Positions 1 through 11,513 of a DNA stretch of 64,000 nt are shown piece by piece (within the stretch, counting starts at the first letter, position 1; every line of letters begins with the position of its first letter). Under the pieces are notes generated by a model, which searched no databases, was not told where the DNA came from, and was given only the letters and a program-made list of their open reading frames with translations. Location of the stretch: the NCBI RefSeq assembly GCF_009914755.1, contig NC_060946.1. One strand, given 5' to 3'. Position numbers and translations under genes: made by a program. Origin of the DNA: the human T2T-CHM13v2.0 reference genome, Homo sapiens.

Positions 1-472
1 CCTATGAAAAACATTATAAGGTGTACTTAAAAACACACATACAGTTTCAAGAAATAGAGCTAGCATCAGAACCAGACATGGCAGTAATATTGGAATTATC
101 AGACTAAGGATTTAAGACTATAAGCGCAAATATGCTACAGGCTCTAATAGAGGAAGCAGACAGCAAGAACACCAGGTGTGCAATGGGAGCAGAGACAGAA
201 TCCTAAGAAAGAACCAACAGTAAATGCTAGAGATGGAAAACACTGCAACAGAACTGAAGAATGTCTTTGATGGGTGTATTGGTAAACTGGACGCCCCTGA
301 GGAAAGGATATCTGAGATGAAGGATGTATCAATGGTAACTTCCCAAACTGAAAAGCAAATACAATAAAGGCTGAAAAAAACAGAACAATATTCAAGAAGT
401 ATGGGGTGACTACAAAAGATGAAACATGCTTGTAGTGGGAATACCAGAAGGAGAAAAAGAACAGAAGAACTG

Positions 473-629
473 AGGGGAGAGAAAGAGAGGAAGAAAGAGA
501 AGAGAAGAGAAGAGAAGAGAAGAGAAGAGAAGAGAAGAGAAGAGAAGAGAAGAAAGAAAGAAAGAAGGAAGGAAGGAAGGAAGGAAAGAGAGAAACAGAG
601 AAAGAGAGAGAAAGAAAGAAAAGAAAGAA

Positions 630-685
<56 letters not shown>

Positions 686-732
686 AAAAGAAAGAAAGAA
701 AGAAAGAAAGACAGAAAGAAGAAAGAAAGAAA
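473..732 (+). repeat. Compound polypurine microsatellite (AGAAG)n/(GAAG)n/(GAAA)n
   Basis: ~260 bp almost purely A/G, read directly; lies inside L1 ORF1. Confidence 0.97.
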
Positions 733-1082
733 ATACTTGAAACAATAATGACTGGAAATGTCCTACAAATTAATACCAGACACAAAGCCTCAGTTCTAGG
801 AATTTCAGAGTTCACCAAGTAGGATAAATGCAAAATAATAATAATAATGAAAAATCTATGCATTTTATTTTCCAACAACAGAAATTTGAACATTTTTTAA
901 AAATCTGGAATGAAGCCAGGGAGAGATGAGGAGAAAGACCATACCTATAAACCAACAAATAAAGAATTACATCTGACTTTTTAAGCAGAAATTAAACAAG
1001 CAAGAGGAGAGTAAGGTAAAATATTTAGTGCTAAGGGAAAAAGACCACCAACCTACAATTCTGACCCTGCAAAATTATCTTT

Positions 1083-1375
1083 TTTTTTTCTTTTTGAGAG
1101 AGTTTCACTCTGTTGCACAGGCTGGAGTGCAGTGGCACAATCTCAGCTTACTGTAACTTCTGCCTGCTGGGTTCAAGTTATTTTCGTGCCTCAGCTTCCT
1201 GAGAATTTGGGATTACAGGCACCCACCACCACACCTGGCTAATTTTTGTATTTTTAGTAGACACAGGGTTTCACCATGTTGGCCGGGCTGGTCTCAAACT
1301 CCGGACCTCAAGTGATCTGCCCACCTCAGCCTCCCAAAGCGCTTGGATTACAGGCGTGAGCCGCCATGCCCGGCC
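1083..1375 (-). mobile_element. Alu (AluS-type), full length
   Basis: Poly-T head, Alu dimer ending cccggcc; TSD aaaattatcttt at 1071-1082 and 1376-1387. Confidence 0.95.
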
Positions 1376-1606
1376 AAAATTATCTTTCAAAGGCGAAGGA
1401 GAAATAAATCAAAACAATAAAAAATGGAGATAATTTATTATCAGTCAATCTGCCTAGTAAAAGATGTTACAAAAGTTCTTTAAAGAGAAGGCATAGACTC
1501 AGATCACACAGAAAAGATGAGTCATGAAGAAAGAATAAGTTAACATAAAGTAAAAACTTATTTTTCTTGTTTTTAACTGATCTGGAAGATAATAGTTTGT
1601 GGCAAA

Positions 1607-1714
1607 TAACAGCAGCAAGATCTTCAATTAAGTATGCTTATGATATATCTTATGTGTGTGTAATAGCAGCAAGGTCTTCAATTAAGTATGCTTATGATAT
1701 ATCTTATGTGTGTC
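1607..1714. repeat. 54-bp tandem duplication (2 copies)
   Basis: taa(c/t)agcagcaag(a/g)tcttcaattaagtatgcttatgatatatcttatgtgtgt at 1607-1660 and 1661-1714. Confidence 0.95.
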
Positions 1715-3886
1715 TACATATGTATGCATGTACACATAAGCTATACGCATGCACGTGTACACTTACGTGTGCCTATATATAAGTGAAATGAATGACAGAT
1801 ATAATGGAATGAATGCAAGGGAGGAACGAGGGATCTTATATCACACTACATGTGAAGTGGTATAATGTTCTTTGAAAGTAGGATTCGATTCCTTGTAAAT
1901 GTGTATTGCAAACTCTAGGGCAATCACGTTGAAAGGTTTAAAAGCGGGGGTTACTGATATGCTAAGAAAGGTGAGAAAACAGAATCATATAACATTCTCA
2001 GCTATAACTACAGAAGGCAGAACAAAGAGTGAAAGACAAAAATAGAAACAAGAGCAAGTGCAAGATATAGAAAACAGGTACCAATATGATAGATATTAAT
2101 CTACCTGTATCAATAATCATTTTGAAAGTCAATAGTTTAAATGCACCAATTAAAAGATGGAGATAGTCACAGTGGATCAAAAAATAAGACACAAATACAT
2201 GTAATCTACAAGAAGCCAACTTTAAATATTTAAAAATGTTGATTAAAAGTAAACGGATGGGAACGATGTCATGCTAACACTAATCCAAATAAAGCAAAAG
2301 TAGCTACATTAATTTCAAACAAAGCAGATTTCAAAGCAAGGAAAGTCATCAGGGATAAAGAAGAGAATTACATAATGATAAAGTGGCCAATTCTCCCAGG
2401 AGACATGGCAATCTTTAACAGATATGCACCCAAAAACACAGTGTCAAAATACAAGGCAAAAGCTGATACAACTGCAAAGAGAAACAGATGAATTCACTCT
2501 CACAGTTGAAGACTTCAGCGCCCCTTCTATCAGAAATGGACAGATCCAGCAGACAGAACATCGGCAAGGACATAATTAAGAATACATGTTCTTCCCAACT
2601 CACAGGGAACATTCACGAAAACAAAGCACATTCTGAGCCATAAAACACACCCTAACAAATTAAAAATCATATAAATCATACAGTGTCAGCTCTTAGGCCA
2701 CAGTAGAATTAAACTAGAAATAAATAACAGAAAGATAACTGGAAAATCACAAAATATATGGAGATTAAACAAGACATTAAAATAATACATGAGTCAAAAA
2801 GAAATCTCAAAAAATTTTTTTTAAATTTCTTGAACTAAATTCAAATAAGAAACAACAACAACAACAAACTCCTGGAACTAATATAAATAATTAACTACAG
2901 CAAGATTAAAGGATATACGGTTAATAGGCAAAAGTAAATTGCTTTCCCAAATGCTAGCAATGAACAAGTGAAATTTGAAATTAAAAACAAAATAACATTT
3001 ACACTACCACCTTAAAAACTGAAACACTTCGATATAAGTCCAACAAAATATGTACAAGATCTGCAGCTCTGTTGAAAGAAATCAAAGAAGAACTAAATAA
3101 AGGGAGAAATACTCCATGTTCATGGCCAGGATGACTCAATATTTTCAAAATGTCAGTTCTTCCCGATTTAATCTCTAGATTCAATGTAATTCAAGTCAAA
3201 ATCCCAGAAACTTATTTTGTGGAGATTTAAAAATTGATTATAAAGTTTATATGGAGAGGCAAAAGACTCAGAGAAGACTACGTAATATTGAAAGAGAAGA
3301 ACAAAGTTGAAGGAGTATTACTACCCAGCTTTAAGACTGTAATGCTGCAATAATCAAGACAGTGAGATACTGGTGAAAAATACACCCATAGTCTGTATAT
3401 TTTTAACAACAACCCTTAATCAGATATGTCTTTACTGCATATCTGATTGTCTACTGCAATAAACCCATTGGCAAGTAGATCAATGGAGCAGAATAGAGAG
3501 CCCAGAAAGAGACCCATATAAATGCAGCCAGTTGATCTTTGACAAACAAACAAAGACAACGCAATGGAGTAAAGATAACCCTTTCAACAAACGGTTCTGA
3601 AATAACTGGAAATCCACATGCAAAAAACATGAATCTAAACACACACCTTACACTCATCATAAAAACTAACTCAAAATAGATCACAGACCTAAACGTAAGA
3701 TGCAAAAGTATAAAATTCCTAGGCTATAACATAAGAGAAAAATATAGATGATCTCAGGTATGATGATGTGTTTTTAGATGAAACACCAAAGGCATGATCC
3801 ATGAAAGAATGAATTAATTGGACTTTGTTAAAATGAAGAACTTATTTTCTGCAAAAGACAATTTCAAGAGAATGAGAAGACAAGAC

Positions 3887-4038
3887 ACAGACTGAGAGAA
3901 AATATTTGCAAAAGACATGCCTGATAAAGAACTGTTATTAAAAATACACAAAGAACTCTTAAACAGACTGCGAGAAAATATTTGCAAAAGACATACCTGA
4001 TAACGAACTGTTATTGAAAATACACAAAGAACTCTTGA
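3887..4038. repeat. 76-bp tandem duplication within L1 ORF2
   Basis: acagactg.gagaaaatatttgcaaaagacat...aagaactctt at 3887-3962 and 3963-4038. Confidence 0.95.
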
Positions 4039-4160
4039 ACTCAACAATAAGAAAACAAGCCAGTTAAAAAATATGCCAAAGACCTTAACAGGCACCAAAC
4101 CAAAGAAGATACACAGATGGCAGATAAGCATATAAAAAAGTGCTTCATATTGTATGTCAT

Positions 4161-5530
4161 GTAAGACCTAAAACTATAAAACTCTTGGAAGAAAACATAG
4201 GGGGAAAGCTTCATAACAATAAGTTTGGCAATGATTTCTTGATTATCACACCACAGACACAGAAAACAAAAGTTAAAATAGACAAATGGGACTACATCAA
4301 AATTATAAACTTCTATGCATCAAAGGATGTAATCAACAGAATGAAAAGGCAACATACAGAATGGGAGAAAATATTTACAAATCAAATAACTGATAAGGGG
4401 TTAATGTCGAAAATCTATAAAAAACTCCTACAAAATAACTACAAAAGGAACAAATTAAAAATGAGCAAAAGACTTGAATAGATATTTCTCCAAAGAAATA
4501 CAAATAACCAACAAGCACCTGAAAAGATGCCCAGTGTTTCTAATTATTAGAAAAATGTAAATTGAAACAATGATATACCACCTCACACCCATTAGAATGG
4601 CTACTAATAAAACAATAGAATACAAAAGAAACAAAGAAAATACTAGAAAGAAAAGTGTTGGCCAGGATATGGAGAAATTCAAACACTTGTACGTTGTTGG
4701 TGGGAATATGAAATGAGGCAGCTGCTGCGGAAAACTGTATGGCTCTTCCTCAAAAAATTAGACATTAAGCTACCATGTGATCCAACAATTCCACTTTTGG
4801 TTATATGCATGAAAGAATCAAAAGCAGGATCTCGAAGAGACATTTGAACACCCAAGTTCATGGGAGCCTGTTCCACAATAGCCAAGAGGTGGAAGCAACC
4901 CAAGTCTCCATGGATGGATGGATGGATGGATGGATGGATGGATGGATGGATGGATGCATGGGCGGATGGATGACTGGCTGGCTGGCTGGATGGATGGATG
5001 GATGGATAGATTGTTGGATGGATGGATGCATGCATGGATGGATAGATCGTTGGATGGATGGATGGATGGATGGATGGATGGATGGATGGTTGGATGGATG
5101 GATGGATGCATGGATAGATGGATGGATGGATGAACATGTTTTTGTCCATCCATACAATGGTACGTTATTCAGCCTTAAAAAGGGAAGAAATGCTAACATA
5201 TGCTACAACATAGATGAACCTTGAAGACATGATGCTAAGTGAAATCAGCCCATCACAAAATAACAAATTCTATATAATTCCACTTATACGAAGTATTTAG
5301 AGGAGTCAAATCCATAGAGATGGAAAGCAGAATGGTGGATGTCAGGGGCTGAGGATACAGGGAAGGGGAAAATATTGTTTAATTGGTATTGAGTTTCAGT
5401 TTTGCTAGATGAAGAGTTCTGGAGATTTGTTTTATGACAAGGTGAGTATTCTCAACACTACTGAACTCTACACTTAAAATAATTAGGTGGTAAATTTATG
5501 TTACATGTATTTTACTACAACAAAAAATTT
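4161..5530 (+). mobile_element. 5'-truncated L1MB-like LINE (ORF2 C-terminus and 3'UTR)
   Basis: ORF 4140-4481 translates to L1 ORF2 C-terminal sequence (KTIKLLEENIG...KIDKWDYIK...EWEKIF). The 3' end ggtaaatttatgttacatgtatttta is typical of L1MB. Confidence 0.85.
4911..5132 (+). repeat. (TGGA)n microsatellite inside L1 3'UTR
   Basis: Degenerate GGAT tetramer array. Confidence 0.97.
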
Positions 5531-5574
5531 TTATAGAAAATGAAAAAAATACACAGAAAGAAATACCGAGAACT

Positions 5575-8190
5575 GGAAGACTTCACCGATGAATTCTACT
5601 AAATACTTAGAAAAGAATTTGTACAAATTATTCACATATTTTCTCAAAAGTCAAAGAAAAGGGGTCATTTCCCATGACATTTCATAGGACCTGTATTGCC
5701 TTGTTATCCAAACCAGAAAGGCATCACAAGAAAATACAACCACAGACCCACATTCTCCATGAACATACATGCAAAAATCCTCAAAAAATATGAACAAGCT
5801 AAGTCCAGTGACATAGAAACAGGATTCTATACGGTGGCAAAATTGGGCTTATCCCAGGAATGCAAGGTTGCTTTAACATCCAAAAATCAGTTAATTTATT
5901 ATACCCTATCAACAGAACAAATAATAAAACCACATGATAATTTCCAGATATACAGAAAAAGCATATAACAGAACTCAACATCACCTCATAACAAAAAGAA
6001 AGAAAGTCACAACAAACTAGGAATAGAAGAAAGTTTCACTCTGATAAAATGCATCTATTAAAAACCTCCATGGCTAACATCATATTTAATGGTGAAAGAT
6101 TGGTTGCTATCCACCTAAGATCAGGAGCAAGACCCAAGAGGTCCACTCTCACCTTCTTCTTTATTAATATACTAGAGGTCCCGCCCAGGGCAATTAGCCT
6201 AGAAAAATAAAAAAATACCTCTAGAGTGGAAAAGAAGATTAAACTATCTCAGTTTGCAGATGTCATGATCTCATATACAAAAATTCCTAAACAATCCACA
6301 AAATAACTATTAGAAGTAACAAATTCAGCAAGTTTTGGGAAACACACTCATTATGAAAAATAACTGTATTTCTATACTCTTATAATAAAGAATCCAAAAC
6401 TGAAATTTAGAAAAACAATTTCATTTGCAATACCGTCAAAAAGAATAGCATATTTAGGAATAAATTTAACAAAAGATGTATAAACTGATACTCTGAAAAC
6501 TACAAAATATTGCTTAAAAATTCAAAACGATCTAAATGAATGTAAAGCTTTCCTATATTTATGGATAAGAATTAAAACTTAAAATTGGTTAGATGGCAAT
6601 AATCCCCACACTGAGGTATAGATTGAATGTGATACCTAACAAAAGCCAAGCTGACTTCTTTGCAGAAATTCATAAACTGATCCTAAACTTTAAGTGGAAA
6701 AATCAAGGGATCTAAAATAGCCAAGATAATCTTGAAAAAGAAGAGCAAAATTAGGGGGCTCACAGTTCCCCACTTCGAAACTTGTGCCAAAGCTACAGTA
6801 TTCAAGACAATGTGGCGCAGACATAAGGAGAAACACCCAGATCAGCGAGATAAAATTGGAAATGTTGAAATAAACCCAGACGTTCACGGTCAATTGAATT
6901 TTGATGCTGATGCCAAGACAATTCAATGTGGGAAATCAGAGTCTTTTCCACAAATGGTACAAAAGAATTCATCTGAACCCCCACCTCACATGATACACAA
7001 AGTTAACTCAAAATGGAACAAATAGTTAAATGTAGAGACAACATGATAAAACTCTCAGAAGAAACAGCCGTAAGTTGTTACGACCTTGATTAGGTAGTCA
7101 TTTCTGAGATGTGACACACCAAAATCATAAGCAATAACAAAAAAAGAGTAGATGAATTTGACATCTTCAAACTTCAAACCTTTGTGCTCCAGAAAACACC
7201 ATCGAGAAAGTGTCTTTTGAAGCACTAAATGGCATTTTATTGCCATTCCATGAATTAAAAAGGTGAGCCAGAGATTGGCAGATAAGTTTTGAAAAGTTAC
7301 ATATCTGGTAGTGAACTTCTGTCTAGAATATTAAAAGGACCCTTGCAACTCAAGAATAAAAAAGACAACACAAATTAAAAATGGGCAAGTGATTCGAATA
7401 GAAACTTCTTCACAGAAGATGTGCAAATGTCCAATGACACGAGACGATGCTCAACATCTTTTGCCACCAGAGAAATGCAAATTAAGGCCAGAATAAGCAA
7501 GTGCATCATTTCCATGAGGATGGCTGACATAATAAACACTGATGTTAATACCTCTTGGTGAGGATGTAGAGAAATGGGAACCCTCGGACACTGTTGGTGA
7601 GGTGTAAAAGGGTGAAGCCACTTTGGAAAACAATCCTGCAAGTCTTCAAAATGTTAAACATAGCATTAAAATGTGACCAGCAATTCCACTCCTAGGTGTA
7701 TACCAGGAGAAATGAAAGGGGACACAAATGTTCATCGTTTATGGCAGGATTATTCATAATAGCCGCAAAGAGGAAACAGCCTGAACATCCATCCATTAAT
7801 GAATAGGTAAATAAAATGTAGTGAACATTATTTGGCTATGAATAAATGAAGTACTGATGCATGATACAATACGGATCAATCTTGAAAATACTGTTCTGAG
7901 TGAAGGAAGCCAGCTACACAAGACCAGGCATTGTATGACTCAAATGATGTGAAATTTCCAGAATAAGCAGAATGTCAGGCTGTGGTTGTCTAGGGTTGGG
8001 GGTGTAGGCAAAATGGGTAGTGACTGCTAGTGGGTATAAGGTTTCTTTTGGGGTGACAGAAATGCTATAAAATTGATTGTGGTGTTGGTTACGTATCTAT
8101 GTGAATACACTACAAAACTTTGAATTGTGTAGTTAAAGAGGGTGAATTGTCTGGTATGTGAGTTTTATATCAATAGAGCTGCTGTTTTTA
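5575..8190 (+). mobile_element. Old L1M (L1MB/L1ME-like) ORF2 (RT region) to 3'UTR
   Basis: RT-region remnants (gaacatacatgcaaaaatcctc; tttgcagatgtcatgatc, cf. FADDMI) and a 3' end gtgaattgtctggtatgtgagttttatatcaatagagctg. Confidence 0.85.
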
Positions 8191-8626
8191 AAAATAGATG
8201 ATTAAAATTAATACTTTTCTCCTCTGGAGGATATTCTCTTTCTTTCTCTTTTATTTGTATAAATTTATGGGCATGGAGTGAAATGATAGGCAGTGAACAC
8301 TTGGCACGTATCCATTCTCTAACACAGAAGTAGAGCAGTTATCAAAGGCGTGAAGCTAGGGCTAAACTTCCAGGATTGTAGTTGCAATCTGGAGAATGTT
8401 TTCTGGGCACAGGTCCACCCTTGGCATTGAAAGAAATGCATCATCTGAAAAAAGATGTTTCTTCTGCATCAACCGAGATCTGGCTGACTCCCAGGAAGAG
8501 AGAAGCTGGCAGGCTGGAAGCTGACACTGTCCTAGCAGTGAGCACCTTCTCCGTGGTCTGAGAGAAGGCCAGGCGCTTGGTCCTCATGCTTCATTTCCCT
8601 CTTATCCTACTTAGAAAGTCTCCATT

Positions 8627-8914
8627 TCTCTCGCCTGTAATCCCAGCACTTTGGGAGGCCGAGGCGGGCGGATCACAAGGTCAGGAGATTGAGACCATCC
8701 TGGCCAACACAGTGAAACCCCATCTCCACTAAAAATACAAAAATTAGCTGGGCGTGGCAGTGTGCTGCCTGTAGTCCCAGATGCTGGGGAGGCTGAGGGA
8801 GGAGAATGGTGTGAACCCAGGAGGCGGAGCTTGCAGTGAGCCGAGATCGCGCCAATGCACTCCAGCCTGGGCGACAGAGCGAGACTCTGTCTCAAAAAAA
8901 AAAAAAAAAAAAAA
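8627..8914 (+). mobile_element. 5'-truncated AluY-like element
   Basis: AluY-type right arm (gaatggtgtgaacccaggaggcggagcttgcagtgagccgagatcgcgcc); lacks the first ~15 nt; TSD aaagtctccatt at 8615-8626 and 8915-8926. Confidence 0.93.
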
Positions 8915-9237
8915 AAAGTCTCCATTCGTCCTCTCATGTGATAGGACAATCTTTATTTATTTGCTATTTTTTGATGTACCAAAAGCTGTACATAATTAAT
9001 GTACAGAACTCAATGAGTTTGGGATAAGGTGGTCTAACTGCCTCTGAACTCCCCTGAAGGATTCTGAGAAGCTGGCTAAGGCAGCGAACATAGTGAGAGA
9101 GAAGCCTTCTGACCAGACTGGAGGGGCTGCTAACCTCAGGAGAAAGGGTGGCCATTCAGACCCTCTGAGTGGGAGGGGCTCCCAGGACCTGCAGGCCTAG
9201 TATGGCTTCTGCAACAAGCTGCCCTGCCTCATGGAGG

Positions 9238-9420
9238 ATCGGTTCTCAAACTCTTATTTGCATAGCATTCAGCTTGGACAAGGGCCAGGGAATGGGGAGA
9301 TTTTCTTTTAAATTCAGATCCCCAGGCTTATTGTCTCTAGGACCTGATTCAATCAGCTCAGGTACCTGCATATTGATGTTACCCAAAGGTCTCTGGGGCA
9401 GGTGGTCTGGACAGCATCGC
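9238..9420. mobile_element. Possible MER5-type hAT-Charlie MITE remnant
   Basis: ggttctcaaactc...aaattcagatccccagg...ctgattcaatcag...caggtggtctgg resembles MER5A/B. Confidence 0.45.
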
Positions 9421-9589
9421 TACATATACAATGGCAGTGGAATGGCAAGACCTACCAAAGGCTTTGGGATCGGGGTCAGAAAACCTCACTCTCGGTCCTG
9501 GGTTATGTGCCTGCTGGTGGTGTGAGCAGGAGTCGGCACCTTCTGACCACTCCTAGCCCTGCCCTTGGAAACCCAACCCATCTCAGAGC

Positions 9590-10505
9590 TTGAGATGCTG
9601 TCTGTATACTGATAAACCCCAAATGTATAGCTCCAGCCTCAGGCATTCCCTCAAATCCCAGTGGTTTACTACAGGGCATATTTGACATCTCTGCCCACAC
9701 ATCACAAAGGCCTCTTCAGGTTAACATGTTGAAAAGTAAATACCTGCATGCCTATCTGCCATCAAGCTGCCCCATCAGATCTAACTGATGTCTGTGCTGA
9801 AAGCTCCATCCTTCCAGGCTCTTAGGCAAGAAGACCTGGAGTTCCCTTCAGGCCTCTGTCGTTCTCCCACCCTCACACTTGATCCAGCAGCCAACCTACT
9901 TGGCTCTGCCTGAGACACACATCTGGAATCCAATCACTTCCCAACACCCCCTCTCACAAACACCCTGACCAAGGCACCATTGTCTCTTCCTGGACCCACG
10001 AACTTGCCTCCTAACAGAGCCCCCTGCTCCCTCGTCATGCACCTGCTGCCTGCTCTCAACTCAACACCTACACCTGTCATTTAAGCCAAGTCCTTGGCTC
10101 TGAACCTCCAGAGGCTCTCATCTCAGTTGGTGGAAAAGATGCAGGCTGTGCTCAACCCTCCAGGGCCCTACGTTCTCTGCTGCTCACACGCACAGAATGC
10201 AGCTCTCCGGTCTCTTCTCCCCTGCCCTCCCCGTGCCATACACACTAACCTCTTTGCAGAATGTTCCAGGCAAGCTCTGCCATGCATCTGAGCATCTGTG
10301 CCTTCCCCCGACCTCCTTCCCCCATCTCCCTTAGGCCTCCACTCAGTTGCCCACTGCCATCCCCGACCACTGGTCCAGAAGAAGACGCTGCTTTACTTTC
10401 TCAGCAGAACTTCCTGCCTTCTGATGACATTCTCAGTTTGGTGACCTCATCCCTCCTGTTCGTTGCTTTGTTCAACAGCCAGGCAGCACCTGGCATGCAG
10501 TAGGA
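9590..10505 (+). mobile_element. L2 (L2a-like) LINE remnant
   Basis: L2 ORF2/3' motifs (ttaacatg, ccatccttccaggctc, catctggaatccaatcacttc, gcacctggcatgcagtagg). Confidence 0.7.
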
Positions 10506-11104
10506 GGAGTTAAGAGAGCAGCATCTTTGAGTGAGGAGGATGGATGTGTGAGTGAGACCCCAGGGCCACGGGAGCAAGGACCATAGGACCCTCTTGTCCA
10601 GGTTCTGGTATAGGTCCCCTATCCTGGCAAGACACCTTGGAAGGCTGGATGGGGCAAAGAGAGGACACCCTTAGCCCAGGCAAGAGTTGGCCCAAAGAGC
10701 TTTCTGGAAGCCTATAGCTGCGTCCCAGCACTCACAGTGCCAGGGTGAGAAAGGGCCAGGGTGCCAGCAAGCCAGTCAGTCACAGTGGAAGGGACAATGC
10801 ATGGAGCTTGGGCCACCTTTCCTAGAACCCAGCGTCCCCCTGCCCACTCAGGTCTCCAAGGAGGACCAAGGCATGACCCTCTGACCCTGTGGGCCACAGG
10901 ATGGCAGGGTGGGGGTGTCCAATGAGAGTGAGGGGTGGCCAAAGTGGTGCAGCAATGCTCCACCTCGGGGAAGCCAGGGCAGGATTCCAGGAAGGGGCTC
11001 TAGGCAGAAGGCAGCCCTGGCCCATTACATTCACCTCTTCAGCACCCTGGCCTTGGACAGCTCCCGAGATGAACAGGAATCCCTCTCTTCCTAGGAGGAG
11101 GTGA

Positions 11105-11513
<409 letters not shown>

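Larger units (their letters stand above)
1..4160 (+). mobile_element. Old L1M (L1MC-like) LINE: decayed ORF1, inter-ORF spacer and internally deleted ORF2
   Basis: ORF1-like sequence to ~1540. The ORF2 endonuclease start near 2085 (tcaataatcattttgaaagtcaatagtttaaatgcaccaattaaaaga, cf. ITLNVNGLNAPIKR) jumps to the C-terminal ORF2 region at ~2865. Many stops and frameshifts. Interrupted by a purine microsatellite and an Alu. Confidence 0.85.

Noticed and set aside
144-893. 249-aa Phe/Leu/Ser-rich ORF and overlapping Lys/Arg/Glu ORF
   Set aside because: Translation of the (GAAA)n/(AGAAG)n microsatellite within decayed L1 ORF1.
4140-4481. 113-aa ORF with a real protein-like sequence
   Set aside because: Fragment of L1 ORF2 C-terminus in a truncated, mutated element; not a host gene.
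4679-5224. IHPS/MDGW repeat ORFs (also at 23799-24472 and 40866-41708)
   Set aside because: Artefacts of stop-free (GGAT)n microsatellites.
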